Shown here: positions 41,571-51,070 of the stretch, piece after piece | How positions within the stretch are numbered: the first letter of the stretch is position 1 | How the letters are laid out: each line of letters starts with the position of its first letter | NCBI GenBank assembly: GCA_050248855.1 | Contig: JBFWRP010000009.1 | Span: forward strand, 1 to 64,000 | DNA from: Planctomycetota bacterium | GTDB taxonomy: Bacteria > Planctomycetota > PLA2 > JAEUHO01 | Length of the DNA stretch: 64,000 nt | Reading direction: 5' to 3' | The notes under the pieces: model-generated | The model's input: the letters and a program-made list of their open reading frames with translations, nothing else | What the model was told of the DNA's origin: nothing | The model's database searches: none | Position numbers and translations under genes: made by a program

Positions 41571-43472
41571 ATGCGCATGCGTCTGTTCATGCCCCTGATC
41601 ACGGCCCTCGTCCTCATCGCTACGACGGCGGAAGCGAAGGAGCCGGCGCAGGAGCAGGCCGAGCGGGACGCAGCCATCCGGAAGTCCGTCGCCGGACTGC
41701 GTGCGCTGCTCACGCGCGAGCCGCCCGCCACGCTGGCTGACGTCCTCCATCCCCAGGCCCACTACGACGCCCTCGAGCGTGCCGGGTACTTCGTTCGTGT
41801 CCCGGAGCGCGCCCGCGACGCTGTTCGCGAACGGTTCACGAGCGTCCTGCGAACGGTGTTTGCTCGCAAGCCGCTCGAGAAAGTGTTCGGGGCAGCACGC
41901 GATCTGGTCGTGCTGCGCATCGAGGAGGGCGAAGCCGCGAGCCAAGCGACGGCACTCGTCCGACTCAGCCTCGCACCGGGCGAGCGCTCGCACGTTCGAT
42001 TGTGCTTCGACCAGCGCGACGGCCATTGGAGCTTGTACGACGTCGAGTACTTGGACAGCGGCATGTTCCTGTCGACGGAGGCGGGCCTGATCCTATCCGC
42101 GCTCATCGAGGGGACGGCCGACGACGCTTCGCGGACGGCGAGGTCCGTGACGGCCGCCAACGCGGCCCGGGAGACCGGCGACCTCTCCGAGGCCCAGCGC
42201 CTGCTCGACGAGCTTCAGGGCAGGGAGTTCCCACCGCCCCTACGTGCCGCGATCGAAGTCCTCTCCGCGCTCGTGGACATCGACGCGGGCAGGGCTCAGG
42301 AGGCCCTTGTCCATCTGGATCACCATCAACAGATCATGCCGACGGCAGCGATCACGGAGCTGGTTCGGGCCCGCGCGTTGAACGACCTGGCCGAGCACGC
42401 CAGTGCGCTCGAACACGCCCGGCGCTACGCGGAGGCCATCGAGCACGACGTCGTGGTGGACGTGGAGATCGCGCGCGCCCTACTGGGCATGGATCGTCGC
42501 GAGGAGGCGGCAACCGTGCTCTTGGCGACGCTGGACGATGCGCCGGGTGACCCGGACGCCCTCATGTGGTTGGCGCAGATCCTACCCGCCGAGCGAGAGG
42601 ACGAGTTGGCCAGGCGTCTGGCCTACTTGCGGGATCCCGCGACGAAGTTCGAGCAGATCGCGGAAGAGCTGCTGGACGCAGACGCGTTCGATGCGCTGGA
42701 GCGCGTCACGCGCGCCGTCGCACCGCGCCTGCCGGGCCATCGCGACGTTCCCTACTACGAGGGCCTGCTGCTGGGGCGACGAGGCCAACACCGCGAAGCC
42801 GCAGCCAAGCTGGAGGAGGCCTTGAAGCGCGTTACCCCGGACGTGCAAGAGGAGCTGCGCTTCTACTACGTGGACGCGTGGCTGGACGAGATGATCGAGA
42901 GTGGCCAGATCCCCGAGGCCATGCAGCGTGCGGCCGAACAGGATCGGGCCAACGTGTTCGACAAGCTCCACTTCCATCTGAAGGACACGATGAGCCCACC
43001 GGTCTACGCTCGGCTTCTGGACATCGCCGCCGAGCTCCCCGAGCTGAAGCGTCGGGTCCGGTTCGAACGTGCGGATCTGCTTCGCGAGGAAGGCAAGTAC
43101 GCCCAGGCCGCCGAGCTCCTGATGCCCTTGCGCCGTGAGCTGCTCCCGCAGGCCGACATCCTCGAAGGCGCCGAAGCGCTGCTGATGTTCCACGTGGATG
43201 ACGCACTCGTTCGGGCTTTGGCGCATCTGAAGCGATGGGACGAAGCCCTGGACGTCGCCCAGGCGTTCGAGGCGCGTGAAGGCTCTGCGAAGTACCTCGT
43301 CCTGGTCTACGCCCTGCGCCAGGACCCCGCGAAGGCGATCCACTACATCCAGCTGGAGCGCGAGCGCGACAACGGCCCCAAGTGGCTCTTCCACGATCCC
43401 GACCTCGCCGGCATCCTCTCCACGGAGCCCTACCGCGAGATCCGCGAAGCCCTGCTGGGTGAAGGGGACTGA
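41571..43472 (+). CDS. Secreted TPR-repeat protein
   Basis: Signal peptide, TPR-like helices. Confidence 0.75.
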   Translation: MRMRLFMPLITALVLIATTAEAKEPAQEQAERDAAIRKSVAGLRALLTREPPATLADVLHPQAHYDALERAGYFVRVPERARDAVRERFTSVLRTVFARKPLEKVFGAARDLVVLRIEEGEAASQATALVRLSLAPGERSHVRLCFDQRDGHWSLYDVEYLDSGMFLSTEAGLILSALIEGTADDASRTARSVTAANAARETGDLSEAQRLLDELQGREFPPPLRAAIEVLSALVDIDAGRAQEALVHLDHHQQIMPTAAITELVRARALNDLAEHASALEHARRYAEAIEHDVVVDVEIARALLGMDRREEAATVLLATLDDAPGDPDALMWLAQILPAEREDELARRLAYLRDPATKFEQIAEELLDADAFDALERVTRAVAPRLPGHRDVPYYEGLLLGRRGQHREAAAKLEEALKRVTPDVQEELRFYYVDAWLDEMIESGQIPEAMQRAAEQDRANVFDKLHFHLKDTMSPPVYARLLDIAAELPELKRRVRFERADLLREEGKYAQAAELLMPLRRELLPQADILEGAEALLMFHVDDALVRALAHLKRWDEALDVAQAFEAREGSAKYLVLVYALRQDPAKAIHYIQLERERDNGPKWLFHDPDLAGILSTEPYREIREALLGEGD

Positions 43473-43480
43473 CGGCTCGT

Positions 43481-45304
43481 TCAGTCGCCGATCCGTAGCA
43501 CGCTGATCTCGTCGGGGCGGACGATGACGATCTCGTCGGGCAGGCGCTGGCTGCCGACGCGGACGTGGAAGCGGTGGGAGCCGGGTTCGAGCGGGCCGAG
43601 GACGGTGCCGGGATCGACGCGCGGCGCCAACGCCACGTCCCGCTCAGCCTCGGTCTGTACGCCCCCCACGACCAGGGGGAAACCGTCCGCTCGCGAGACG
43701 CGGAGCGCACCAAGCCGCGCGTCCGGCGGCCGCGTAGGCGCGACGACCAGCCAGCCGCCGAGGACGAAGGCGAGCTCGACGCTCTCCCCCGGGGCGCGTG
43801 GGACCGGCGGTGCGACGCGGCCGTCGGGGTGGTAGGCACCGACCCGCGTGCAGGCGTCCGCTTCGAAGCCGTCTACCGACCAGGTCCAAGCGCTTCGGGG
43901 AGCGCCGCCGTCGGCGTCTCGTGCGTCGGCCCGCTGGTGGAAGAGGCGTCGTCCTTGGTCGCTGCCGAGCAGCACGGGCAGGTCGTTGGCGATGCCGAGG
44001 GCCGGGTCGGGAGGATCGGCGAAGGGTGCCGTGACGTGGAACGAGCTCGCGGCGCGCGGCGGCTGGGTCTGCCAATCGATCGCGGGCGGCCGCGACGGGC
44101 TCCAGCCGCGGATCCTCTCGTCGGGAACGAGCTCCACGTAGACGTCGGTCCCATGCGCCGCGATGTCGATCTCGCGCGGAGGTACCCGCAACATGCCCGC
44201 AACGCGGACCTCGAGCGTGGCGGGGCCCAGGGGCGCGCGCTTGGTGAACGTCATGGGCGCCGCACCGCCGTTGGCGAGGACCAGCGACTGGTGCCCAAGG
44301 TACGTCCGGCGGCCGCGGATCGATGCCCACAGCGAGGTGGCCAAGCGGGTTTCCTCGCGCGGCCAATGCGCAGGCAGGGGCTCGCGAACCCGGAGATGCA
44401 CGTGGAGCGGGCCAAGCGGCAGGGCTTCGACGCGTACGATGTCCCCCGCTCGCACCTGCTGCGGGCTGGCGTTCCATTGCACGGTGGGCGTAGAGCCGCC
44501 CCGCGCCGCGTCGCGAGCGTGCACCAGGCTGGAGTACGACTCGTAGCGCATCCAGGCGGGGACGTGCAAGACGGCTTGCGAGACGCCGGGCGGGACGAGA
44601 CGCCGGACCGCGACCTGGTACGCGTCACGACGACCGGGCGCCAAGAGCGCATCCACGTCGTTCGAGAGCAGCGCATCCAGGGAGACGCGTAGCGGGTGAT
44701 CGCGCACGCCGGGGCCGACCTCGAACGTCACGGCTCCTGTGGGCGTCGGCGCAAGCTGCACCACCTGACGCGCCTCGCGCGCGCGGACGTCCAACGCTTC
44801 CCAGCGCCGCCCCTGGTCCACGAGGAGGAACACGTCCCACGGGCCTTCGCCGTTGACGACGAGCTCGACGGGCTCTCGTACGCCCTCGCTAGCCCGCTCG
44901 ACACTCGTCACCTCGTCCCAGCTGGTTGCACCGGGTGCGCCCGCGGGCAGCACGTAGACGCGGTAGTGGCCCTCGTCCCCCACGAGCTCGAGTCCCTCCG
45001 CGGTCACCACGAGCACGGACGCGACCTCGAGCCCGCGAGACGGGCCGTGCGTCGTGCGCGCCTCCTCGACATCCCCCGCCGAGGAGCGCGGCGGGCCCGA
45101 CGCCAGGGAGGGGCCCTCGGACGCAGATCGCGCATCGGTATCCGGGCGGGGCGCCTGCCCCCTCAGGGAGAGCGCGCTGGTGTCCTCCAGCGGCCGTGCC
45201 GGTCGCGGATCGACGTCGGGGCGGGCGCCCACCCCGGCCAGCCAAGCCACCACGACCAGTGCGAGCAGCAGCACCCCCGACACGCCGACCGCACGCACGC
45301 GCAT
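43481..45304 (-). CDS. Hypothetical membrane-anchored protein
   Basis: N-terminal TM, long ORF; no family recognised. Confidence 0.6.
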   Translation of the reverse strand: MRVRAVGVSGVLLLALVVVAWLAGVGARPDVDPRPARPLEDTSALSLRGQAPRPDTDARSASEGPSLASGPPRSSAGDVEEARTTHGPSRGLEVASVLVVTAEGLELVGDEGHYRVYVLPAGAPGATSWDEVTSVERASEGVREPVELVVNGEGPWDVFLLVDQGRRWEALDVRAREARQVVQLAPTPTGAVTFEVGPGVRDHPLRVSLDALLSNDVDALLAPGRRDAYQVAVRRLVPPGVSQAVLHVPAWMRYESYSSLVHARDAARGGSTPTVQWNASPQQVRAGDIVRVEALPLGPLHVHLRVREPLPAHWPREETRLATSLWASIRGRRTYLGHQSLVLANGGAAPMTFTKRAPLGPATLEVRVAGMLRVPPREIDIAAHGTDVYVELVPDERIRGWSPSRPPAIDWQTQPPRAASSFHVTAPFADPPDPALGIANDLPVLLGSDQGRRLFHQRADARDADGGAPRSAWTWSVDGFEADACTRVGAYHPDGRVAPPVPRAPGESVELAFVLGGWLVVAPTRPPDARLGALRVSRADGFPLVVGGVQTEAERDVALAPRVDPGTVLGPLEPGSHRFHVRVGSQRLPDEIVIVRPDEISVLRIGD

Positions 45305-45458
45305 GGCGCGAACATAGTCGATGGGGCGGGCGCCTGCCGGGCCCGGAGTGCGCAACGCGCGCAGAACGGACGCGCGCCAAGAGGTCAATGCCAAGCGGCC
45401 CCGCCGAGCAGGAGACCGACCGCAGCACCGCCCCCGCGGCTTGACCACCCCGGGACGG

Positions 45459-45532
45459 TGGGCCCGGCAGGACTCGAACCTGCAACCAAGGGATTATGAG
45501 TCCCCTGCTCTGACCGATTGAGCTACGGGCCC
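45459..45532 (-). tRNA. tRNA-Ile2 (anticodon CAT, lysidine-type)
   Basis: GGGCCCG TA GCTC AATCGGTCA GAGC A GGGGA CTCATAA TCCCT TGGTT GCAGG TTCGAGT CCTGC CGGGCCC A. G1:C72 is paired (not fMet); C4/C5 acceptor pairs are as in Ile2; 3' end reads CCG, so CCA is not encoded. Confidence 0.9.
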
Positions 45533-45540
45533 GTGCTTGT

Positions 45541-45553
45541 TATCAGGGCTTTG
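45541..45553 (+). promoter_or_regulatory. IHF-consensus site beside att core
   Basis: TATCAG-GGCT-TTG matches WATCAR-N4-TTR. Confidence 0.45.
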
Positions 45554-45626
45554 CAGCCTATCCGAGGACGTAGGTACAAGCCCGTCAGCAGACGCACCAG
45601 CGCTTTGCTGACGGAGCGAGCATCGC

Positions 45627-46589
45627 ATGGCCTGGATCCGATGGCGAAACACGCAGCGCGGACGCCTCGCCTACGCGCAGTGGCGCGACCCCGAAGGCCG
45701 CGTGCGCAGCGAGCCCACCAACACCTCAGACCCCGAGCTCGCCAAGGCCATCCTCAACAGCGTCCAGGCCGAGCGGGAAGGCAAGCCGCCCGTCACGGAG
45801 CGCCTCACAGCGCAGCAGGCCGTGGATCGCTTCCTGGCCTACGTGAAACTCTGCCGGTCCAAGCAGACCCATGCGTTCTACGCGCGCCGGCTGCAGACCC
45901 TCCTCGATGCCTGGAAGGCGGTGCCGCTCGAACGCTGGTCGAGGGCCATGCTCGAGAGCCTGGTGGCCAGGAACGACTGGTTGCCGCGCACCATCCAGAT
46001 GCTCCGCAACGTAGCCAAGCGATTCCGGGGCTGGGCCCAGGAGGCCGGGATCGCCTGCCCCGACGTCGTCGGGCGCTTCAAGGGCCCCACCGTCCAGAGG
46101 TCCGACCCCAAGGCCCTGAGCGGCGACGAGCTCGCGGCGCTCCTGAAGGAGGCGCATGGGCACGCCCTCGAGCCCGCCATCGCCATGGCCGCCCTGGCCG
46201 GCCTGCGCTACGCCGAGCTGAGAGCCGTCGAGGCAAAGGACGTCGACTGGAAGCGCGGTGACCTGATCATTCGGGGGAGCAAGGCCCACACCGACCGGCG
46301 GGTGCCTATGAGCGAGCCCCTGCGCGAAGTACTCGCCCGCGCCGGCGTTGCCGCCGGGCCCGTCGTTCGCTTCAGCACCCACAGCAACGCCGTCAGGGCC
46401 CTCAAGCTGCGCTGCACCAAGGCGGGGATCCATCCCGTCGCGTGGCACGCCCTCCGCCACACGTACGGGACCAGGCTCGCCGCCACCGGCGCCGACCTGC
46501 CAACCATCCAGCGGCGAGCTGCGGGAGGCCCACAGGGTGGTCTGCCTGATAACGCCACGAAGCGTCGTGAAGCCTTGGATTCTTTATGA
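45627..46589 (+). pseudogene. Tyrosine recombinase/integrase, C-terminally truncated
   Basis: AGLRYAEL (Arg), KAH, HALRHTYGT (HxxR), GADLPTIQR, then no LGH..Y; tail after ~46513 is unrelated sequence. Confidence 0.85.
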
Positions 46590-46860
46590 GGCAGGGCTCG
46601 CACGAGGCGCATGGGCTGAGCGGGTGTATGGCTGTCTTTTCGGTGTGCCTATGCACGAAGTCGCGGGTCCGTTCAAGGCGCTTCAGAATGCTCCTGGAGA
46701 CGGCGCGCACCTTGTGAAGCAGATGATGCAGATTGGTCGCTCCGCTGGACTCAGCCCACACAAGCCATCCATCGAGCGCCTTTGCAACGAGTTCGAGCAG
46801 AAGATCGCTGCGATCGACTTTGGGGCTTCGGCGGAGGCCTCGACTGATCCTGTAGCCTAG
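46516..46860 (+). pseudogene. C-terminal remnant of TIR-domain protein
   Basis: ELREAHRVVCLITPRSVVKPWILYEAG..GPF..LQ in another frame; no start or N-terminal TIR half. Confidence 0.65.
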
Positions 46861-46910
46861 TCGACCAACTGGCGATCCTGAGCCAGCAGCAACGGTCGCT
46901 AGCGGAGGGA

Positions 46911-47372
46911 ATGGGTGAGTTGCGAAGGGCCGTCGAGCTTGTCGCTCACGCTGGGGTGAGAGGGGCAGTAGGGGATCCAGGCTTGGCGGGGCCGCACAGC
47001 CGACACTTGATGGGGATGTACCTCCGTTGGGCGGCCCTCTCAAGGGAATCCGGCAAGCTTGAAGCTGCCATGGGCTATCTCTGGGCGGCGGTGCGCCTTG
47101 GCAGTGAGGCCCAGGACCTTCCGGTGCCCGCGCGCGAGTCGATGGGCCGGCCAAATCTCAAGAAGTGGCTACCAATCATCCAACGCCAGGGCGCTGAACT
47201 CGCCACTCAGTTGACCACGAGTCGCAGCAGGCGAGGCCGTGCCGATCTTGAGCTCGCCTTGGCGATCCTCTCTGAGAGTGAACTGCTCCGCGAGGCCTGT
47301 ATCGATGCGCTGGGGTCGGACACTCCGAGCAATGACGCCGAATCGTCCTCCGCGTCGGCGGACGGGAGCTGA
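46911..47372 (+). CDS. Hypothetical protein (island cargo)
   Basis: 153-aa ORF after GGAGG; no family recognised. Confidence 0.45.
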   Translation: MGELRRAVELVAHAGVRGAVGDPGLAGPHSRHLMGMYLRWAALSRESGKLEAAMGYLWAAVRLGSEAQDLPVPARESMGRPNLKKWLPIIQRQGAELATQLTTSRSRRGRADLELALAILSESELLREACIDALGSDTPSNDAESSSASADGS

Positions 47373-47496
47373 CCACTTGGACCGCGGCAACTGCTGCCAA
47401 GCTCACCCCGTACTCTTGTCCGACACCCGCTCACGCAATGGCGCGACCGACGTGAGAGCCTACAGCCGCTTGCATGCGGGATGCGAATAGGAGCGA

Positions 47497-48657
47497 CTAG
47501 AGTTCCGTCTGCTTCCGCAGTTCACGGAGTGTGAGCTGCTCGTGCTCCCGCCCCGTTCCCGCGTCCTCCATCAAACGCCGCGTGACTTGCAGCACGTACC
47601 GGGCGGGCGTCATGGTCACACCGAGAAGTGCGTTGCCTGAACTCTCATCGACGACCCCCGAGTAGTCCTTGCCGTCCGCGGTAGCGATACGCCACTTCCC
47701 TCCGCGCTCGTCAACCATGTAGAAACTTCCGACAAGTTCCAATGGTTCCTCAAAAAGCTCCGTACGCGCAGTGAGCGCACGGTAAGCCAGCATCGCGTCT
47801 CGTGGCTGTATGCGCTCAGCCCGAACATGACGCCCCCCTGGCCCCGTCCAAGCCACCGACACTGGCGTACTGGCCTCATGTACGAACCTTAGGAAGCTCT
47901 GAAAGGAGGTTACTAGGTCCACCGGGATCTCGCGCGCCAAGGACACGAGGTCATCGGGGGTTGCCGAGGAGTGGATGAGGTCACTGACCACCTCCAGCCC
48001 CCGTGATGCGCGCGTGTTCTCCATCAGATCGCCGAGGTCCCTCGACTGGAGGTGCACTTCGAAGCTGCCTGCCGAGAACGCGACGACCTGGAGCGCATCC
48101 ATCGAAGCCATCCCGTCACGCTTCGCCTTCGGGCGATCCTTGATCCCCCGGCAGCCCAAGCGCACAAGCGTGGCGAACCGCTTGATGGCCTCGGTCAGAG
48201 TGCTCGCGTTCACGACCCCAGAAGCAACTGCCTCCCTTGGCTCAAGATGCAACACAGCTGTCGCACGGTTGGTAGCCAGCGCACGCCGAATCAGCCCACT
48301 CTCCATGCCCTCCTCTGATGCCGGGACTGCGCCATAGAGCGGGCCGGGTCCTGGAAGCCAAGCCGGCGGCACATCTGCGATGTCCGAGATGCGCAGTTCG
48401 TTCGTTCCGTCATTGGTCACCACGGCCTTGTGCAGTGGCAGGACCTCGGGCTCAAGAACTGCCGTCAAGACTTCAACGACACCGGAAAGCACATCGGCAA
48501 CTCGCTCCGCGGACACACGGACGCACAAGTACGTATCCGCGGATGCAGATCGCTCCACCAGGATTGCTAGATACCTCGTACCGACGGTGTCAATCAGCAC
48601 CCCGGCCTGCACCCCGTCCACATACTCAAGGACCCTCTCGAGGCGCGCGGTCGTCAT
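47497..48657 (-). CDS. DUF6575-like N-terminal domain protein
   Basis: ATGA overlap with upstream gene; VLEYVDGVQ..D..GTRYLA..YLCVRVSAERV; family from recall only. Confidence 0.6.
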   Translation of the reverse strand: MTTARLERVLEYVDGVQAGVLIDTVGTRYLAILVERSASADTYLCVRVSAERVADVLSGVVEVLTAVLEPEVLPLHKAVVTNDGTNELRISDIADVPPAWLPGPGPLYGAVPASEEGMESGLIRRALATNRATAVLHLEPREAVASGVVNASTLTEAIKRFATLVRLGCRGIKDRPKAKRDGMASMDALQVVAFSAGSFEVHLQSRDLGDLMENTRASRGLEVVSDLIHSSATPDDLVSLAREIPVDLVTSFQSFLRFVHEASTPVSVAWTGPGGRHVRAERIQPRDAMLAYRALTARTELFEEPLELVGSFYMVDERGGKWRIATADGKDYSGVVDESSGNALLGVTMTPARYVLQVTRRLMEDAGTGREHEQLTLRELRKQTEL

Positions 48658-49073
48658 GCCGTACCACCCGGAGATGCAGCAGCATGAACCCCCGACGCAG
48701 GGTCGAACTCTGAGCAGCACCACCAAGATAGGTGGCCCGGGCCATGGGTAGGCTTCATGCAGCCATCCCCCTTGCTCAGCGTGTACCCAGCGACATGTGT
48801 GTCGCGAAGTTTCGGCCACTTACGTCTGGCTTGGCAGGCCTCGATGGTCTCGAACACCGAGAGGGCAAAGGGTATGCAGTGTGCGTCCGGCCCTTCGTAG
48901 GTGCGGCCTGGATGCAGCGTGGCCGAGGGAAGGAAGTCATGGTCTGTCGCGGGAACAGACTTGACCAAGCGGTACACGACCTCGACGACAGGATCGCGGA
49001 CGCCAGTTGGTGGGCAGCACGCGGGCAGATCCTCCCTCCACCCCTTGTCACACGGACCACTTGCCTCACACAC
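48654..49073 (-). CDS. Small protein with ADP-ribosyltransferase-like motifs; start uncertain
   Basis: WREDLPACCPP, VYRLV, DF, LSVF, GHLSWW. Confidence 0.55.
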   Translation of the reverse strand: MCEASGPCDKGWREDLPACCPPTGVRDPVVEVVYRLVKSVPATDHDFLPSATLHPGRTYEGPDAHCIPFALSVFETIEACQARRKWPKLRDTHVAGYTLSKGDGCMKPTHGPGHLSWWCCSEFDPASGVHAAASPGGTA

Positions 49074-49616
49074 ACAGCCCCCCCAGCTCGAGAGTCCGTC
49101 CCTGGGCGTGGAGAGTAAGTGAAGCGCGGCGGCCACGCGCGGGTCTGTACTGCGGGGCGTGGCGGCAAGTCCTGCCATGCTCACCTCGACGTCGGCGGCG
49201 GCAGTCGCCGACGACCAGACAACCACCTTACTCGCGACGACCAGCCATCCTCATCAAGGCGCCTGAGGCGCCCCTGCAGGTCCCGCACCGCCCTGTCCTC
49301 GGGCCCTAGCCTTCCTCTCCCGGGGGCGGGACGCCGACCCGTGGACCGCCTTGAACCATCCACGACGCTTCTTTCACGCGCCGCGCGCCTGGCCTCTCCT
49401 CTCTCCTGACCAGGGGGAGCCTTCCGGGCTCCGCGGAGGCGCACCCTATCCACGCAGGGGGACACCTACAGGTCACAAACAGGTGGACACAAGATGTTGT
49501 ACAGTAAACACTTGTGACCACGACCCCTAGGTCACGGCGCGGCAAATCGCACTGCCTCGGACAAGGGAGCCTTCGTAGGCGTGCCGCCCGCAGCCGTCGC
49601 GGGTACGCTACGCGCG

Positions 49617-50042
49617 ATGAGCCACGCCCGAAAGCCGGCCGTCCAGGCGCTGCTCGTCTGTGACCAAGTCTACCAGGACACCCAGACCAACAAGATGGTC
49701 GTGGCCGGCACGTTCACGCAGATCTTCGCATCGGAGTTCCCCGCGGTTCACGCGCAGTGGTGCGTCTACGTGCGGCTCGTCGACTTCAAGGGCCCGGCGT
49801 CGCTTCGGCTCCGGGTGGTCGACCTCGATGACGACAGTGTCGTAGGCTCGCTGGGGCCCGTGAAGTTCGAGATGAAGGACCGCCTCGTCGGGGCCGAGGT
49901 AGCAATCAAGATGCCGCCCCTCCCGATCCCCCACGCTGGGGCCTACGCTCTCGACGTGCTGTGGGGGGACGAGGACGTCCCCCTCAGCTCATGGCGGTTC
50001 GTCGCCCAGCCACCTCCCGGAAAGAAGAAGAGCCATGGGTAG
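49617..50042 (+). CDS. DUF6941-like protein
   Basis: ALLVCDQVYQD..TNKM..GTF..I..FPA.H..GAYALDV. Confidence 0.7.
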   Translation: MSHARKPAVQALLVCDQVYQDTQTNKMVVAGTFTQIFASEFPAVHAQWCVYVRLVDFKGPASLRLRVVDLDDDSVVGSLGPVKFEMKDRLVGAEVAIKMPPLPIPHAGAYALDVLWGDEDVPLSSWRFVAQPPPGKKKSHG

Positions 50043-50388
50043 CAACATCCTCACCGCGCCTGGCGACCTCGGCGTCGCGCCCAACGCCGTGGAGACCCTT
50101 CCCGCGGTCAAGCCGCGCTTCAAGTGGACGGAGTATCGGCACAACGCTCGCCTGCGCTTCGACGTCGCCTGCCGCACCCTCGAGAACGGTCACGTCCTCG
50201 TGTTCGCCACCAACCTGCCGGGCGCTATGGCTCAGGAGCGCAGCTTCAAGAAGGCCCTGCGCTCCTTCCGGGCGGTCCTCGCCTGCGTGCTTGATCTCCA
50301 CCAGGAGAGCGGGCAGCCCATTCCCTTCGAGCAGGTCGAGCTCGAGGATGGCGACGAACTCTGCGCCAGCGTCGAGGTGGATGTCTGA
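50035..50388 (+). CDS. hicB: HicB-like antitoxin
   Basis: NLPGAMAQ..KKAL..LDLHQESGQPIP; overlaps both neighbours. Confidence 0.7.
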   Translation: MGSNILTAPGDLGVAPNAVETLPAVKPRFKWTEYRHNARLRFDVACRTLENGHVLVFATNLPGAMAQERSFKKALRSFRAVLACVLDLHQESGQPIPFEQVELEDGDELCASVEVDV

Positions 50389-50605
50389 CCTACCCTCCGT
50401 CCGACCGCGAGAGGTAGAGCGCGTCCTCCTGGCCCGAGGCTGGGTCCAAGTCAGGTCGTGCGGGTCGCACCGCATCTACAAGCACCCCGAGCATCGGCAG
50501 TTGGTAACGGTCGCATGGCACCCAGGCGACGTGCCAGGGGGCACACTGCGGAAGATCTTGAAGGACGCCGGCATCGCGCCGACGGACTTCGCTGCCGAGG
50601 TGTAG
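50381..50605 (+). CDS. hicA: HicA toxin
   Basis: LLARGW..VRSCGSHRIYKHP..VTVAWHPGDVPGGTLRKILKDAGI. Confidence 0.92.
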   Translation: MSDLPSVRPREVERVLLARGWVQVRSCGSHRIYKHPEHRQLVTVAWHPGDVPGGTLRKILKDAGIAPTDFAAEV

Positions 50606-50824
50606 AGCCACCAGGTGTCGCCGTCGGCGGCGAGTTTGCGTGGCCAGTTCGATTCACGTCAGCAGATCCGTCAGCATGGCTCTCCAGAGCGTCCGGAAGT
50701 GCATCGACAGGGGACGCGGCATACATCGCCCGTCAGCAGCGCACGACGAGCCCCGCCCTGATGCGCGTGGTGTCAGCCCGGATCTATGGGCCGGTGCACT
50801 CCTACTCCCACCTGTATCCGAGCC

Positions 50825-50866
50825 GATTATGAGTCCCCTGCTCTGACCGATTGAGCTACGGGCCCG
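50825..50866 (-). repeat. att repeat: displaced 5' half of tRNA-Ile2 (nt 1-41)
   Basis: Exact match to 45492-45533; diverges 2 nt after the anticodon loop. Confidence 0.92.
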
Positions 50867-51070
50867 CGCCGCGTGACAGAGGCGGACTCTACGGGCGTGG
50901 GCCCCCTCGGGTGAATCCGGGCCGCCCGTGACGGAATCCAGCGGACACGGGAATCGGCGGTTCGGTACGCTGGCGGGGTCCCCAGACGAGAGGGGCAGCG
51001 CGTCGTCAACCGCGATGTCCGCGGAGCGTCGCCGCCAGCCGCCCTCGAGGAGTCGAGAAGAGAGCCCCGC

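Larger units (their letters stand above)
45492..50866. mobile_element. ~5.3 kb degraded integrative island in tRNA-Ile2
   Basis: Identical 42-bp direct repeats at 45492-45533 and 50825-50866; integrase at one end; cargo of lower GC. Confidence 0.9.

Noticed and set aside
45459..45532. tRNA-Met or fMet call for the CAT anticodon
   Set aside because: No C1:A72 mismatch, and the acceptor stem matches the Ile2 type; elongator Met is less likely but not formally excluded.
46500..46600. Programmed frameshift making an integrase-TIR fusion
   Set aside because: No slippery site seen and both domains are missing essential halves; a deletion is the simpler explanation.
50640..50846. Small ORFs at the right end of the island
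   Set aside because: Short, without RBS or motifs, and overlapping the att repeat.
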